This document shows, piece by piece, positions 26,913-35,565 of a stretch of DNA of 64,000 nucleotides. The position numbers were made by a program, and so were the translations under genes. Source of the stretch: an uncultured Lachnoclostridium sp. (GTDB lineage: Bacteria > Bacillota > Clostridia > Lachnospirales > Lachnospiraceae); contig CAYTGQ010000001.1 in the NCBI GenBank assembly GCA_964437345.1, forward strand, positions 220 through 64,219. The letters run 5' to 3'. Below the pieces are notes generated by a model. That model was not told where the DNA came from and ran no database searches. It was given only the letters and a program-made list of their open reading frames with translations. Positions within the stretch are counted from its first letter, which is position 1, and each line of letters starts with the position of its first letter.

Positions 26913-28988
26913 ATGAAGTTTACGATTAAGCATGAAATTAAAAATCGAATGAGAATTCATGTTTCAGGAAGTGGCATGTCATGTAGAGAAGCAGATATTT
27001 TGCTGTTTCATTTAAGCAGTCAGCCGGGGATAACATCTGTGAAAGTAAAGGAACGTACACAAGATGTTGTTATTTGCTATTCAGGAGATAGAGAAGCTGT
27101 TATTGGTATTTTGCGTGAATTTTGTTATGAGACAGCAGAGGTGCCAGAAGCCTTTTTGGAAAATTCAGTTCGAGAACTAAATAATGAATATAGTGAAAAA
27201 TTAGTTGTGCGGGTTATAAAGAGGATTGGGGGAAAATATCTTCTTCCAAGACCACTTCGCAGATTAAGAATTCTTTGGAAATCAGCATGCTATATTGCTA
27301 AAGGGGTAAAAGCATTGACCCGGAAAAGGATAGAGGTTTCTGTATTAGATGCAACAGCAGTGGGAGTGTCTTTGCTGCGTAATGATTGGAATACAGCAGC
27401 TTCCGTTATGTTTTTACTGGATATAGGAGAGATTTTAGAGGAATGGACTCATAAGAAATCTGTAAATGATTTGGCAAACAGTATGTCTTTAAATGTGGAC
27501 AAAGTATGGCTCCTTCGAGATGGACAGGAGGTTCTTGTTCCAACAGAAAAAATTGAAGCTGGAGATTGTATTATTGTCCATATGGGCAATATAATTCCTT
27601 TTGATGGAATCGTAGAAGAAGGAGAAGCAATGGTTAATCAGGCTTCCCTTACTGGGGAGTCAATAGCAGTCCATAAAACCCATGGGCTTTATGTGTATGC
27701 GGGAACTGTTGTAGAAGAAGGAGAACTTACAATACAAGTAAGAGAAGCCAATGGTTCAAGCAAGTTTGAAAAAATAGTTACTATGATTGAAGAGACAGAA
27801 AAGTTAAAATCTTCTGTAGAAAGCAAGGCAGAGCATCTTGCGGATAAACTGGTGCCATATACTCTTGCCGGCTCAGGGCTTGTATGGCTCTTAAGCCGTA
27901 ACATTGATAAGGCAGTTTCTGTTTTAATGGTTGATTTTTCATGTGCATTAAAGCTTGCCATGCCAATTGCTGTTTTATCGGCCATAAGAGAGGCGAGTCT
28001 TCATAAAGTGACTGTAAAAGGTGGTAAATATTTAGAAGCAATTGCTGAAGCAGATACAATTGTATTTGACAAAACAGGAACGATTACAAAAGCAAAACCT
28101 ACTGTGGTAGATGTAGTTTCTTTTAATGGCAGTGAGCCGGATGAATTACTTCGTATAGCAGCCTGTATGGAAGAGCATTTTCCACATTCCATGGCAAAAG
28201 CAGTTGTAGATGCTGCTAAAGAAAAGAATTTAGTACATGAAGAATTACATTCTAAAGTAGAATACATAGTGGCTCATGGTATTTCTACAACAATTGAAGG
28301 TAAAAAGGCTGTAATTGGCAGTTATCATTTTGTATTTGAAGATGAGAAATGTGTGATTCCAACAGAAATGGAAGATAAGTTTGAGGCACTTCCAATGGAA
28401 TACACCCATTTGTACCTGGCTATTGAAAATGTATTAGCTGCAGTTATCTGTATCGAGGATCCACTGAGAGAAGAAGCGTCTGCTGTAATTAAAGATTTGC
28501 GAAAAGCAGGAATTAGTAAAGTGGTTATGATGACAGGGGACAGTGAGCATATTGCCAGTGTTATTGCTAAGAAAATAGGTGTTGACGAATATTATTCAGA
28601 GGTTCTCCCGGAAGATAAAGCTGGTTTTGTGGAAAAAGAAAAAGCTATGGGACGAAAAGTGATTATGATTGGTGATGGAATCAATGATTCACCGGCATTA
28701 TCAGCGGCTGATGTGGGAATCGCTATTAGCGATGGCGCTGAAATTGCAAGAGAAATTGCAGATGTTACCATTGGTGCAGATAATCTCTATGAAATTGTTA
28801 CATTAAAAGCAATCAGTAATGCTTTAATGAAACGAATTGATAAAAATTATAAAACCATAGTAGGATTTAATACACTTTTAATTCTACTGGGAATCGGAGG
28901 AGTTATTGCTCCAACAACTTCAGCCTTACTTCATAACACTTCAACCTTGGCAATTGGATTGAAGAGTATGGATAATCTTTTGGTATAA
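26913..28988 (+). CDS. Heavy-metal-type (P1B) P-type ATPase with an atypical S-C-A transmembrane motif
   Basis: TGES (SLTGESIAV), DKTGT at 28068-28082, MTGD, GDGINDSPAL. The TM motif is FSCALKLAMP (SCA at 27939-27947) where Cu/Zn pumps have CPC. N-terminal HMA-like fold has GMSCREA, not GMTCxxC. ATG 26913 is preferred over the ORF-track start 26880. Confidence 0.92.
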   Translation: MKFTIKHEIKNRMRIHVSGSGMSCREADILLFHLSSQPGITSVKVKERTQDVVICYSGDREAVIGILREFCYETAEVPEAFLENSVRELNNEYSEKLVVRVIKRIGGKYLLPRPLRRLRILWKSACYIAKGVKALTRKRIEVSVLDATAVGVSLLRNDWNTAASVMFLLDIGEILEEWTHKKSVNDLANSMSLNVDKVWLLRDGQEVLVPTEKIEAGDCIIVHMGNIIPFDGIVEEGEAMVNQASLTGESIAVHKTHGLYVYAGTVVEEGELTIQVREANGSSKFEKIVTMIEETEKLKSSVESKAEHLADKLVPYTLAGSGLVWLLSRNIDKAVSVLMVDFSCALKLAMPIAVLSAIREASLHKVTVKGGKYLEAIAEADTIVFDKTGTITKAKPTVVDVVSFNGSEPDELLRIAACMEEHFPHSMAKAVVDAAKEKNLVHEELHSKVEYIVAHGISTTIEGKKAVIGSYHFVFEDEKCVIPTEMEDKFEALPMEYTHLYLAIENVLAAVICIEDPLREEASAVIKDLRKAGISKVVMMTGDSEHIASVIAKKIGVDEYYSEVLPEDKAGFVEKEKAMGRKVIMIGDGINDSPALSAADVGIAISDGAEIAREIADVTIGADNLYEIVTLKAISNALMKRIDKNYKTIVGFNTLLILLGIGGVIAPTTSALLHNTSTLAIGLKSMDNLLV

Positions 28989-29020
28989 TGCATATCAGAA
29001 TGTATAAGAGCAAGAATAAG

Positions 29021-29068
29021 AATATGGCTAAATGAGAATGCTAATAAAAATTCTCATTTAGCCATATT
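29021..29068 (+). terminator. Strong hairpin terminator after the P-type ATPase
   Basis: AATATGGCTAAATGAGAAT (29021-29039) and ATTCTCATTTAGCCATATT (29050-29068) form a perfect 19-bp stem, followed by GTGTTTTG. Confidence 0.75.
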
Positions 29069-29095
29069 GTGTTTTGTGGAAAATCATGGTACTAT
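29067..29095 (+). promoter_or_regulatory. Candidate promoter of the DUF3793-flavodoxin operon
   Basis: TTGTGT (29067-29072), 17-nt spacer, TGgTACTAT (hexamer 29090-29095). Confidence 0.4.
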
Positions 29096-29100
29096 ACATA

Positions 29101-29124
29101 GTAAGTTAGTTATAACTAACTTAC
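29101..29124. promoter_or_regulatory. Perfect 24-bp palindrome, operator candidate, site 2
   Basis: GTAAGTTAGTTA|TAACTAACTTAC is an exact reverse-complement palindrome. Its AGTTAG core starts 8 nt after the -10 hexamer, the same offset as site 1. Confidence 0.55.
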
Positions 29125-29152
29125 TTATTTAAAATCATATGGTGGTGAAGGA

Positions 29153-29740
29153 ATGTCAATACAGGAAATAGCAAAAATAAAAGCCTCTGGTGATGAAGAA
29201 GCAAATATGAAAGTTTTATTGGCAATTCACTGTGCACCGATTTTAAAAGGGAGCAAGGTGGCAAATATTCTTACAGTAACCAGGGCAGAATTTGCGGGAT
29301 TAGGTGCATTGTTGGAAGGAACAGGAATTTCGTTCTGCTTTTTAAAAACAAAAGAAGAAAAGGCAATTCTATATCTCTATCGCAAACAAGAGCTGGAAGC
29401 TTATTTAATGCAGGAGGATATTAAAGAGTTTCTGGACGCATATGGTTATATGGATAATGGGGTGAATAGTATCTTAAGAAGACTATCAGAGAGAATATGT
29501 CTGTACAATAGTGGTAAGGCTGAATTCCCTCACGAAATTGGTATTTTTCTTGGCTATCCATTGATGGATGTAAGGGGATTTATTGAAAACGAAGGAAAAA
29601 ATTATGCATATTCCGGATATTGGAAGGTATACCATAATGTGCCAAAAACGACCCGTCTGTTTTTAAGATATGACAGGGAGAGGGAACAGGTTTTGACAGA
29701 AATCAGTTTGGGAAAGTCCATACGGGAAATAGCAGTATAA
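29153..29740 (+). CDS. DUF3793-like protein, unknown function
   Basis: 195 aa; LLAIHCAPILKGSKVANILTV and FPHEIGIFLGYPLMDVRGFIENEG match my memory of the DUF3793 family. Lies 21 nt upstream of flavodoxin. Confidence 0.7.
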   Translation: MSIQEIAKIKASGDEEANMKVLLAIHCAPILKGSKVANILTVTRAEFAGLGALLEGTGISFCFLKTKEEKAILYLYRKQELEAYLMQEDIKEFLDAYGYMDNGVNSILRRLSERICLYNSGKAEFPHEIGIFLGYPLMDVRGFIENEGKNYAYSGYWKVYHNVPKTTRLFLRYDREREQVLTEISLGKSIREIAV

Positions 29741-29761
29741 AAGATTTTAGGAGGATAAGTT

Positions 29762-30196
29762 ATGAGTCAGGTTAAAATTGTTTATTGGAGTGGAACAGGA
29801 AACACAGAGGCTATGGCAGAAATGATTGCGGCAGGAGTAACAGCAGCAGGTGGGGAAGCTGTTGTAATGCCAGTTGCAAAAGCTACTGTAGCAGAATTGA
29901 AAGAAGCAAAAGCATTTGCCCTTGGCTGTCCTTCCATGGGAGCAGAACAGTTGGAAGAAACAGAAATGGAGCCATTTATGTGTGAACTGGAAAGTGAACT
30001 TTCTGGAAAGCAGATTGTATTATTCGGTTCTTATGGCTGGGGAGATCAGGAATGGATGCGTGACTGGGAAAAAAGAATTGAGGCAGCTGGCGCTACAGTA
30101 ATTGATGGAGCCGGAATTACAGCCAATGAAGCACCAGATGGAGAAGCAGAAGAAAAATGTAAGGCTGCAGGGGAAAAATTAGTTAAAGCCATTTAA
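29762..30196 (+). CDS. Short-chain flavodoxin
   Basis: 144 aa; KIVYWSGTGNTEAMAEMIA (FMN phosphate loop) and FGSYGWGDQEWM. RBS AGGAGG. Confidence 0.92.
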   Translation: MSQVKIVYWSGTGNTEAMAEMIAAGVTAAGGEAVVMPVAKATVAELKEAKAFALGCPSMGAEQLEETEMEPFMCELESELSGKQIVLFGSYGWGDQEWMRDWEKRIEAAGATVIDGAGITANEAPDGEAEEKCKAAGEKLVKAI

Positions 30197-30220
30197 TTCT
30201 ATAATTGAATAACCCATAGT

Positions 30221-30260
30221 ACGAGATAGACTTCATGTAAAATGGAGTCTATCTCGTTTT
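30221..30260 (+). terminator. Intrinsic terminator after flavodoxin
   Basis: ACGAGATAGACT (30221-30232) pairs perfectly with AGTCTATCTCGT (30246-30257), then TTTT. Confidence 0.8.
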
Positions 30261-30281
30261 ATTAGGATATAAATTTACAAG

Positions 30282-30345
30282 AAAAAAATAAAAATCCAAA
30301 AATATCCAAAAATAGACTAAAATAGGAAAAATAGACAGACAATAG
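30282..30345. repeat. Phased A-tracts / degenerate tandem decamer (AAAAATAGAC-like)
   Basis: AAAAATA recurs at 30284, 30298, 30308, 30327, with AAAATA at 30319, mostly 9-11 bp apart. Units read aaaaatatcc, aaaaatagac, taaaatagg, aaaaatagac. Lies 45-105 bp upstream of the -35 at 30389. Confidence 0.5.
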
Positions 30346-30388
30346 AAGGGAAGAAAGACCTAAAAAATGACAAAAATCGTGGCGTGAC

Positions 30389-30417
30389 TTGAAAATTAAA
30401 AATTGGAGGACTATAAT
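30389..30417 (+). promoter_or_regulatory. Sigma-A consensus promoter of the MCP gene
   Basis: TTGAAA (30389-30394), 17-nt spacer, TATAAT (30412-30417). Gives a 70-nt leader to the ATG at 30488. Confidence 0.55.
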
Positions 30418-30487
30418 TGTTTTGATAATTTAATCAATGCTAAGATAGTGTTAAGAAATCAATTACCTTAGCGAAGGAGGAATATAT

Positions 30488-32206
30488 ATGGGTAAATCAA
30501 ACAAGCAACAGGATGTAAGTATTGGATACCGCCTGAACCAGGGATTTTTAAAAGTATCTGGTTTGGTTAGTATTGCTGCTATCATTGGAATTATAGCAGT
30601 ATTGTTTGTGGGCTACAGATACCAGCGGGCATTAACCTACTATGCATTCCCGCAAGGTGATATCGGTTTGGCAATGACAGAATTTGCAGAAGCAAGAAGT
30701 GCGTTACGTGCAGCTATTGGATATGATGATGCGGAACTAATTAAGGAACAGCATGATTTGTTCTTTACACATAAGCAAGCATTTGAAGGGCATCTGGCAG
30801 ATGTAAAACCAACTATGATATCCAAAGAAGGTAGTGAAGCTATGGCAGCCATTGAGGCTTCTTTAGAAGGGTATTGGGAGCTGGCAGAGGATATTTTAGA
30901 GCAGGGTTCAGTTACTGACCGTGATATCTGTGCATTGGCACAGGCCAGAGCACATGATGATTTGATGCCAATGTACAAAGAAGTAGAAGCAGCGTTAAGT
31001 CATTTAATGGATGTTAATGTGGCTAAAGGGGATGAGACTCATAATGCATTAGTAATTCTTGAATGGGTAGTGGTAATTATTATCGTTGGTTCTATAGCGG
31101 GTTCTGTTGGCGTTGCCAATAAAGTCGGTAGAAAGCTTACTAAAAATATCGTAAAACCAGTCAGTGAATTACAGGAACGTCTGGAAACATTTGCTGAAGG
31201 TGATATTTTCAGTCCATTCCCAGTGAATAAAGTAGATGATGAAATATGCAAGATGGTAAATGCTGCTTCCCGCATGGCAGAAGCACAGAAGAGTATTTTT
31301 GCAGATGTAGACTATATGTTATCTGAAATGGCAAATGGAAACTTTGCCGTAGAGCCAAAGAATGAAGCTGCCTATAAAGGTGATTTTAAAGAATTACTCA
31401 CAATAATTAGAAGGCTGGAAAAACAGATGAATGTTACTCTTCGTCAGGTTGGAGAAGCATCCAAGCAAGTATCTGCCGGTTCTGAGAATTTAGCAGAATC
31501 TGCACAGGCGTTGGCAGAAGGGGCAATGGAACAGGCTGGAGCAGTACAGGAATTAACAGCAAGTATTACAAGTATTACACAGGATGTTGAAAATACAGCT
31601 AAGAACCTTAAGGAAACACAGAAGCAGGCAAGAGAGTATGCAGAAGATGCAGACCGCAGCCGTGTAGAAATGGAATCCTTAGTTGAGGCTATGAACCGTA
31701 TTAATGATACTTCTAAGAAGATTGAAAGTATTATCGGTGACATTGAAGATATTGCAAGCCAGACCAACCTGTTAGCTTTAAATGCTTCCATCGAAGCTGC
31801 AAGAGCAGGTGAAGCTGGAAGAGGTTTTGCAGTCGTAGCTGACCAGATTGGTAAGTTAGCAGACCAGAGTTCCCAGTCTGCGGTACAGACCCGTCAGTTA
31901 ATTGAAGATTCTGTAAGAGAAGTAGGAGAAGGTAATAAGGCGGCTCTTAGTGCAGCAGAAGCTTTACAGGGAGTTGTAGCGGGAATTAAGGAAATTGCAG
32001 AGGTATCTGCTGAATTGAGTCATAATTCTTCTGAACAGGCACTGGCTATGGAACAGGCTGAAATTGGTGTAAATCAGATTGCTGATGTAGTACAGTCCAA
32101 CTCTGCTACAGCAGAGGAGACATCTGCAACCAGTGAGGAATTATCTGCACAGGCAATTTCTCTGAATCAGTTGATTGAGAATTTTACTTTAAAAAATGAA
32201 AGATAA
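30488..32206 (+). CDS. Methyl-accepting chemotaxis protein (two TM helices, ~150-aa extracytoplasmic helical domain, HAMP, MA domain)
   Basis: TM1 [19 protein letters not shown]2 [18 protein letters not shown], and the signalling hairpin [40 protein letters not shown]. Confidence 0.93.
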   Translation: MGKSNKQQDVSIGYRLNQGFLKVSGLVSIAAIIGIIAVLFVGYRYQRALTYYAFPQGDIGLAMTEFAEARSALRAAIGYDDAELIKEQHDLFFTHKQAFEGHLADVKPTMISKEGSEAMAAIEASLEGYWELAEDILEQGSVTDRDICALAQARAHDDLMPMYKEVEAALSHLMDVNVAKGDETHNALVILEWVVVIIIVGSIAGSVGVANKVGRKLTKNIVKPVSELQERLETFAEGDIFSPFPVNKVDDEICKMVNAASRMAEAQKSIFADVDYMLSEMANGNFAVEPKNEAAYKGDFKELLTIIRRLEKQMNVTLRQVGEASKQVSAGSENLAESAQALAEGAMEQAGAVQELTASITSITQDVENTAKNLKETQKQAREYAEDADRSRVEMESLVEAMNRINDTSKKIESIIGDIEDIASQTNLLALNASIEAARAGEAGRGFAVVADQIGKLADQSSQSAVQTRQLIEDSVREVGEGNKAALSAAEALQGVVAGIKEIAEVSAELSHNSSEQALAMEQAEIGVNQIADVVQSNSATAEETSATSEELSAQAISLNQLIENFTLKNER

Positions 32207-32230
32207 ATGGTAAAATGAATATACTTAGTG

Positions 32231-32262
32231 GAAACGGGTTTCTGTTAGGAACCCGTTTCTTG
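32231..32262 (+). terminator. Terminator after the MCP gene
   Basis: GAAACGGGTT (32231-32240) pairs perfectly with AACCCGTTTC (32250-32259), then TTG. The T-run is short. Confidence 0.6.
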
Positions 32263-32281
32263 CATATGAGGGGGGACAGAT

Positions 32282-33898
32282 ATGCTGAAGGTATTTTTAG
32301 TTGAAGATGAGATTATTATGCGTGAGGGCATAAAAAATAATATACAGTGGGAAGCAGAAGGATTTATATTTGCAGGAGAAGCCAGTGATGGAGAATTGGC
32401 ATTTCCAATGATTCAAAAGTGTAAGCCGGATATTCTGATTACCGATATCAAAATGCCATTTATGGATGGTTTGGAATTGAGTCGTCTTGTAAAACAGGAA
32501 TTACCAGAAACAAAGATTATTATCCTAAGTGGTTATGATGAATTTCAGTATGCTAAAGAGGCAATAAGTATTGGAATTACAGAGTATCTTGTGAAACCAG
32601 TATCAGGAATACAGCTTTTGGAAGCAGTAAAAAAAGTTGAACAAATAATATTAGAAGATCAAGAAAAAAGACGTTTCATGGAAAGCCTTGAAAAACAAAA
32701 AGAAGAGAATGAATATCTTGAAAAGCAGAAATTCTTTTTAAAGCTGGTATCAGGAAAAGAATCTGTATCCGTTCTTTTGAAAGAGGGACGTGAACTGGGA
32801 ATGGACCTGGCGGCATCGAAGTACAACATTATGTTATTTCAGATTTATTCGGAGGGAGAAACAGGAGGCTATTCAGAAGAAAAAAATATGGCAGCCCGAA
32901 TAATGGAAACCTTGGTATCGGATATGCCGGAAATTGTCATGGTAGACAGAGGATTGGATGGATGGGCATTTGTTTTAAAGGAAACAGAGGAGAAAAAGCT
33001 GGAGATAATAGAGGAAGAACTGATGACCAGACTTCCAGAGCAATTGCTAAAAATTACTTCTAAAATAGAATATTTTGGCGGTCTGGGTAGAGCAGTTGGA
33101 AGACTGGGAGAATTGAACCAGTGCTTCGAAAAGGCAAATCAGGCATTTGCATACCGTTATTTTAAAGAAATGAATCAAATTGTCCGCAGTTCAGATCAGA
33201 TGGAGCAGGCTGTTATTGATGAAGGTTTAAAGCTTAGCTCTCTTAATGTAAATATGCTGGATCAGAGAATTGTGGAGAATTTCTTGAAAACCGGATTAAA
33301 AAGCGAAATTAAACCATTTATTGAAGAATATTTACATAGTCTTGGTGAATGTAATGTACAGTCATTACTGCTTAGACAGTATATCACAATGAATCTGTAT
33401 CTGGCAGTGGTTTCTATGTTAGAAAAGCTTGGATATGAATCAAAGGAATTGGTAGAACAGTGTGGAGATTTTGAAACTATAGCAGATGTTTTTTCTACGG
33501 TAGAAAAAAGTAAAGCGTATTTGCAGCAGATATTTGAAACAGCCATTGATTTAAGAGAGCAGGCAGCAAAACAGAAATATAATAATCTTTTGAAGGATGC
33601 AACAGATTATATTAAGCAGCATTACGATGAAGAGAGCATTTCTTTGAATGTAGTTGCAGCCAGTGTAAATGTAAGTCCAAATCATTTCAGTACCATTTTT
33701 AGTCAGGAAATGGGACTGACTTTTATTGAATACCTGACACAGGTGAGAATGGAAAAGGCAAAAGAGCTTCTGCGCAGTACATCTATGAAAACAGCAGAGG
33801 TTGCCTTTGCAGTAGGATATAAAGATCCGCATTATTTCAGCTATACATTCAAAAAGACACAGAAATGTACACCAAAAGAATTTCGTATGAAAAACTAG
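32282..33898 (+). CDS. YesN-type response regulator (receiver plus AraC-family HTH output)
   Basis: Receiver KVFLVEDEIIMREG...DILITDIKMPFMDG...EYLVKP. C-terminal AraC-type HTH ISLNVVAASVNVSPNHFSTIFSQEMGLTFIEYLTQVRMEKAKELL...GYKDPHYFSYTFKK. Confidence 0.9.
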   Translation: MLKVFLVEDEIIMREGIKNNIQWEAEGFIFAGEASDGELAFPMIQKCKPDILITDIKMPFMDGLELSRLVKQELPETKIIILSGYDEFQYAKEAISIGITEYLVKPVSGIQLLEAVKKVEQIILEDQEKRRFMESLEKQKEENEYLEKQKFFLKLVSGKESVSVLLKEGRELGMDLAASKYNIMLFQIYSEGETGGYSEEKNMAARIMETLVSDMPEIVMVDRGLDGWAFVLKETEEKKLEIIEEELMTRLPEQLLKITSKIEYFGGLGRAVGRLGELNQCFEKANQAFAYRYFKEMNQIVRSSDQMEQAVIDEGLKLSSLNVNMLDQRIVENFLKTGLKSEIKPFIEEYLHSLGECNVQSLLLRQYITMNLYLAVVSMLEKLGYESKELVEQCGDFETIADVFSTVEKSKAYLQQIFETAIDLREQAAKQKYNNLLKDATDYIKQHYDEESISLNVVAASVNVSPNHFSTIFSQEMGLTFIEYLTQVRMEKAKELLRSTSMKTAEVAFAVGYKDPHYFSYTFKKTQKCTPKEFRMKN

Positions 33899-33916
33899 AC
33901 GGATGGAGGAATAGGT

Positions 33917-35362
33917 ATGTGGAAAAACCAGTCTTCAATAAAAAAGCGTCTGAATATGCTGCTTCTGGTATGTCTGGTGCCGCTTACAATTGTTATTATT
34001 TATTTAATTGTATCCCTGAATCGTTTTTCTTCCAACTATGACAAAATTGTAGAAAACATTACAGTAACCAATGAATACAATATTAATTTAAAAGAAGATA
34101 TTGATTATATCATGTATGTTATTGTTGCCAACTCAGAACGTGCCAGTGAATTAGTGGATATTGAAAAGCCTAATAAAATAATTATAGAGGCTAGAAATGT
34201 ATTTTACGATTTGTATGTGGAAGCAGATAGTGATTATGCAAAAAAGCAGCTAAAGGGTATTCTGACCTGTCTGGATACGTTAAAAGATCGTGTTATGGAG
34301 TTGAAAAAAGATGTTCTGGTTGGTGGCACCTATGAAGAAAATATGGAAAGTCTGGATTTGAATATCAGAGTATTAACAGAATTGGTGCAGGAACAGATTC
34401 AGGAATATATCTATTACGAAACGGCTAATCTGGAAGCCATGCGTGAAAGTATTCGAAGAGATGTTGTGAATGCAATTACCATGACAGTCATATTAGTAAT
34501 TGGAATTCTGACAATAGCATTGCTTACAAGCCAGACAATTATGAAAAGTATTACGGATCCGATTCAGGAGCTTTGCGAAGTGACACAGCAGGCAGGAAAA
34601 GGAGATTTTACTGTACGTGCCCAGCTAAGCAGTGATGATGAGTTGGCGGTTTTGAGTACCAGCTTTAACCAGATGGTAGAGAAAATTGGTAATCTGACAG
34701 AAGATATTAAAGTGGAGCAGCTTAACCTGCGTGCCATGGAGCTGAAGCTTTTACAGGCACAGATAAATCCTCATTTTTTATATAATACATTAGATGCAAT
34801 TATCTGGCTTGCAGAATCCAATCAGACAGAAGAAGTTGTAAAAATGGTAACGGCACTGTCTGACTTCTTCCGTACAACCTTAAGTAAGGGCAGGGATTAT
34901 ATCACAATTAGGGAAGAAGAAGCACATATCCGCAGCTATTTGCAGATACAGCAGTTTAGATATCGGGATATACTGGACTATGAAATACAGATATCTCCAG
35001 AAGTATATGACTATCAGATTTTAAAGCTGACCTTACAGCCGTTAGTTGAAAATGCACTATATCATGGAATAAAAAGAAAACGTGGTATGGGACACATAAA
35101 AGTAACTGGCAAAAAGGAAGGAGATAAAATTGTATTCCGAGTATGGGATAATGGCATGGGACTTAACGAGGAAATGCTGGAATATGCAGAAGCGATTATC
35201 AAGGGAGAAAAAAGGGTAAAAGGAACCAGTTCTTCAGGGTTTGGATTATTTAATGTAGATCAGCGTATTCGACTTAATTATGGAACAGAATATGGTCTGC
35301 ATTTAGAAAGTGAATATGGAGAATGGACGGAAGTAAAGGTAGAAATACCAGCTGTTCAATAA
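33917..35362 (+). CDS. YesM/LytS-type sensor histidine kinase (two TM helices, extracytoplasmic domain, HAMP, His_kinase, HATPase)
   Basis: HAMP (ITDPIQELCEVTQQAGKGDFTVRA...LAVLSTSFNQMVEKI), phospho-acceptor LQAQINPHFLYNTLD, N-box VENALYHG, G-box DNGMG...GFGL. Confidence 0.9.
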   Translation: MWKNQSSIKKRLNMLLLVCLVPLTIVIIYLIVSLNRFSSNYDKIVENITVTNEYNINLKEDIDYIMYVIVANSERASELVDIEKPNKIIIEARNVFYDLYVEADSDYAKKQLKGILTCLDTLKDRVMELKKDVLVGGTYEENMESLDLNIRVLTELVQEQIQEYIYYETANLEAMRESIRRDVVNAITMTVILVIGILTIALLTSQTIMKSITDPIQELCEVTQQAGKGDFTVRAQLSSDDELAVLSTSFNQMVEKIGNLTEDIKVEQLNLRAMELKLLQAQINPHFLYNTLDAIIWLAESNQTEEVVKMVTALSDFFRTTLSKGRDYITIREEEAHIRSYLQIQQFRYRDILDYEIQISPEVYDYQILKLTLQPLVENALYHGIKRKRGMGHIKVTGKKEGDKIVFRVWDNGMGLNEEMLEYAEAIIKGEKRVKGTSSSGFGLFNVDQRIRLNYGTEYGLHLESEYGEWTEVKVEIPAVQ

Positions 35363-35375
35363 AAATGCTGGAATC

Positions 35376-35453
35376 GTAAAAAAATATACTTTTTTCGTAA
35401 AAAAATACACCTGTGTTCATAATTTATTCAAAAACTAGTAAAAAAATATACTT
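35376..35453 (+). promoter_or_regulatory. Three phased direct repeats GTAAAAAAATA(T/C)AC upstream of the sugar-binding-protein gene
   Basis: Copies start at 35376, 35397 and 35438, with offsets of 21 and 41 bp. A TATAAT at 35490-35495 has no good -35, as expected for an activator-dependent promoter. Confidence 0.45.
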
Positions 35454-35565
35454 AATTCAAAAGGAAATCCGTATGAAAAGTAACCTTTCTATAATATAAT
35501 TTAATCACAACAGGTAATCAGGGGTGGTTGCCTGCAAAAATTATATTTTAGGGAGGTTTTTTTAT

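Noticed and set aside
30361-30388. TAAA-N16-GGCGTGAC upstream of the MCP gene as a possible sigma-D promoter.
   Set aside because: The -10 half matches GCCGATAT poorly (CGTGA against CGATA). A perfect sigma-A promoter lies immediately downstream at 30389-30417.
32422-32448. A TAAG-N16-CCGATAT match to the sigma-D (sigma-28) promoter consensus.
   Set aside because: It lies inside the response-regulator CDS, where CCGATAT simply encodes the conserved receiver motif ...ITDIKMP. There is no downstream gene to serve.
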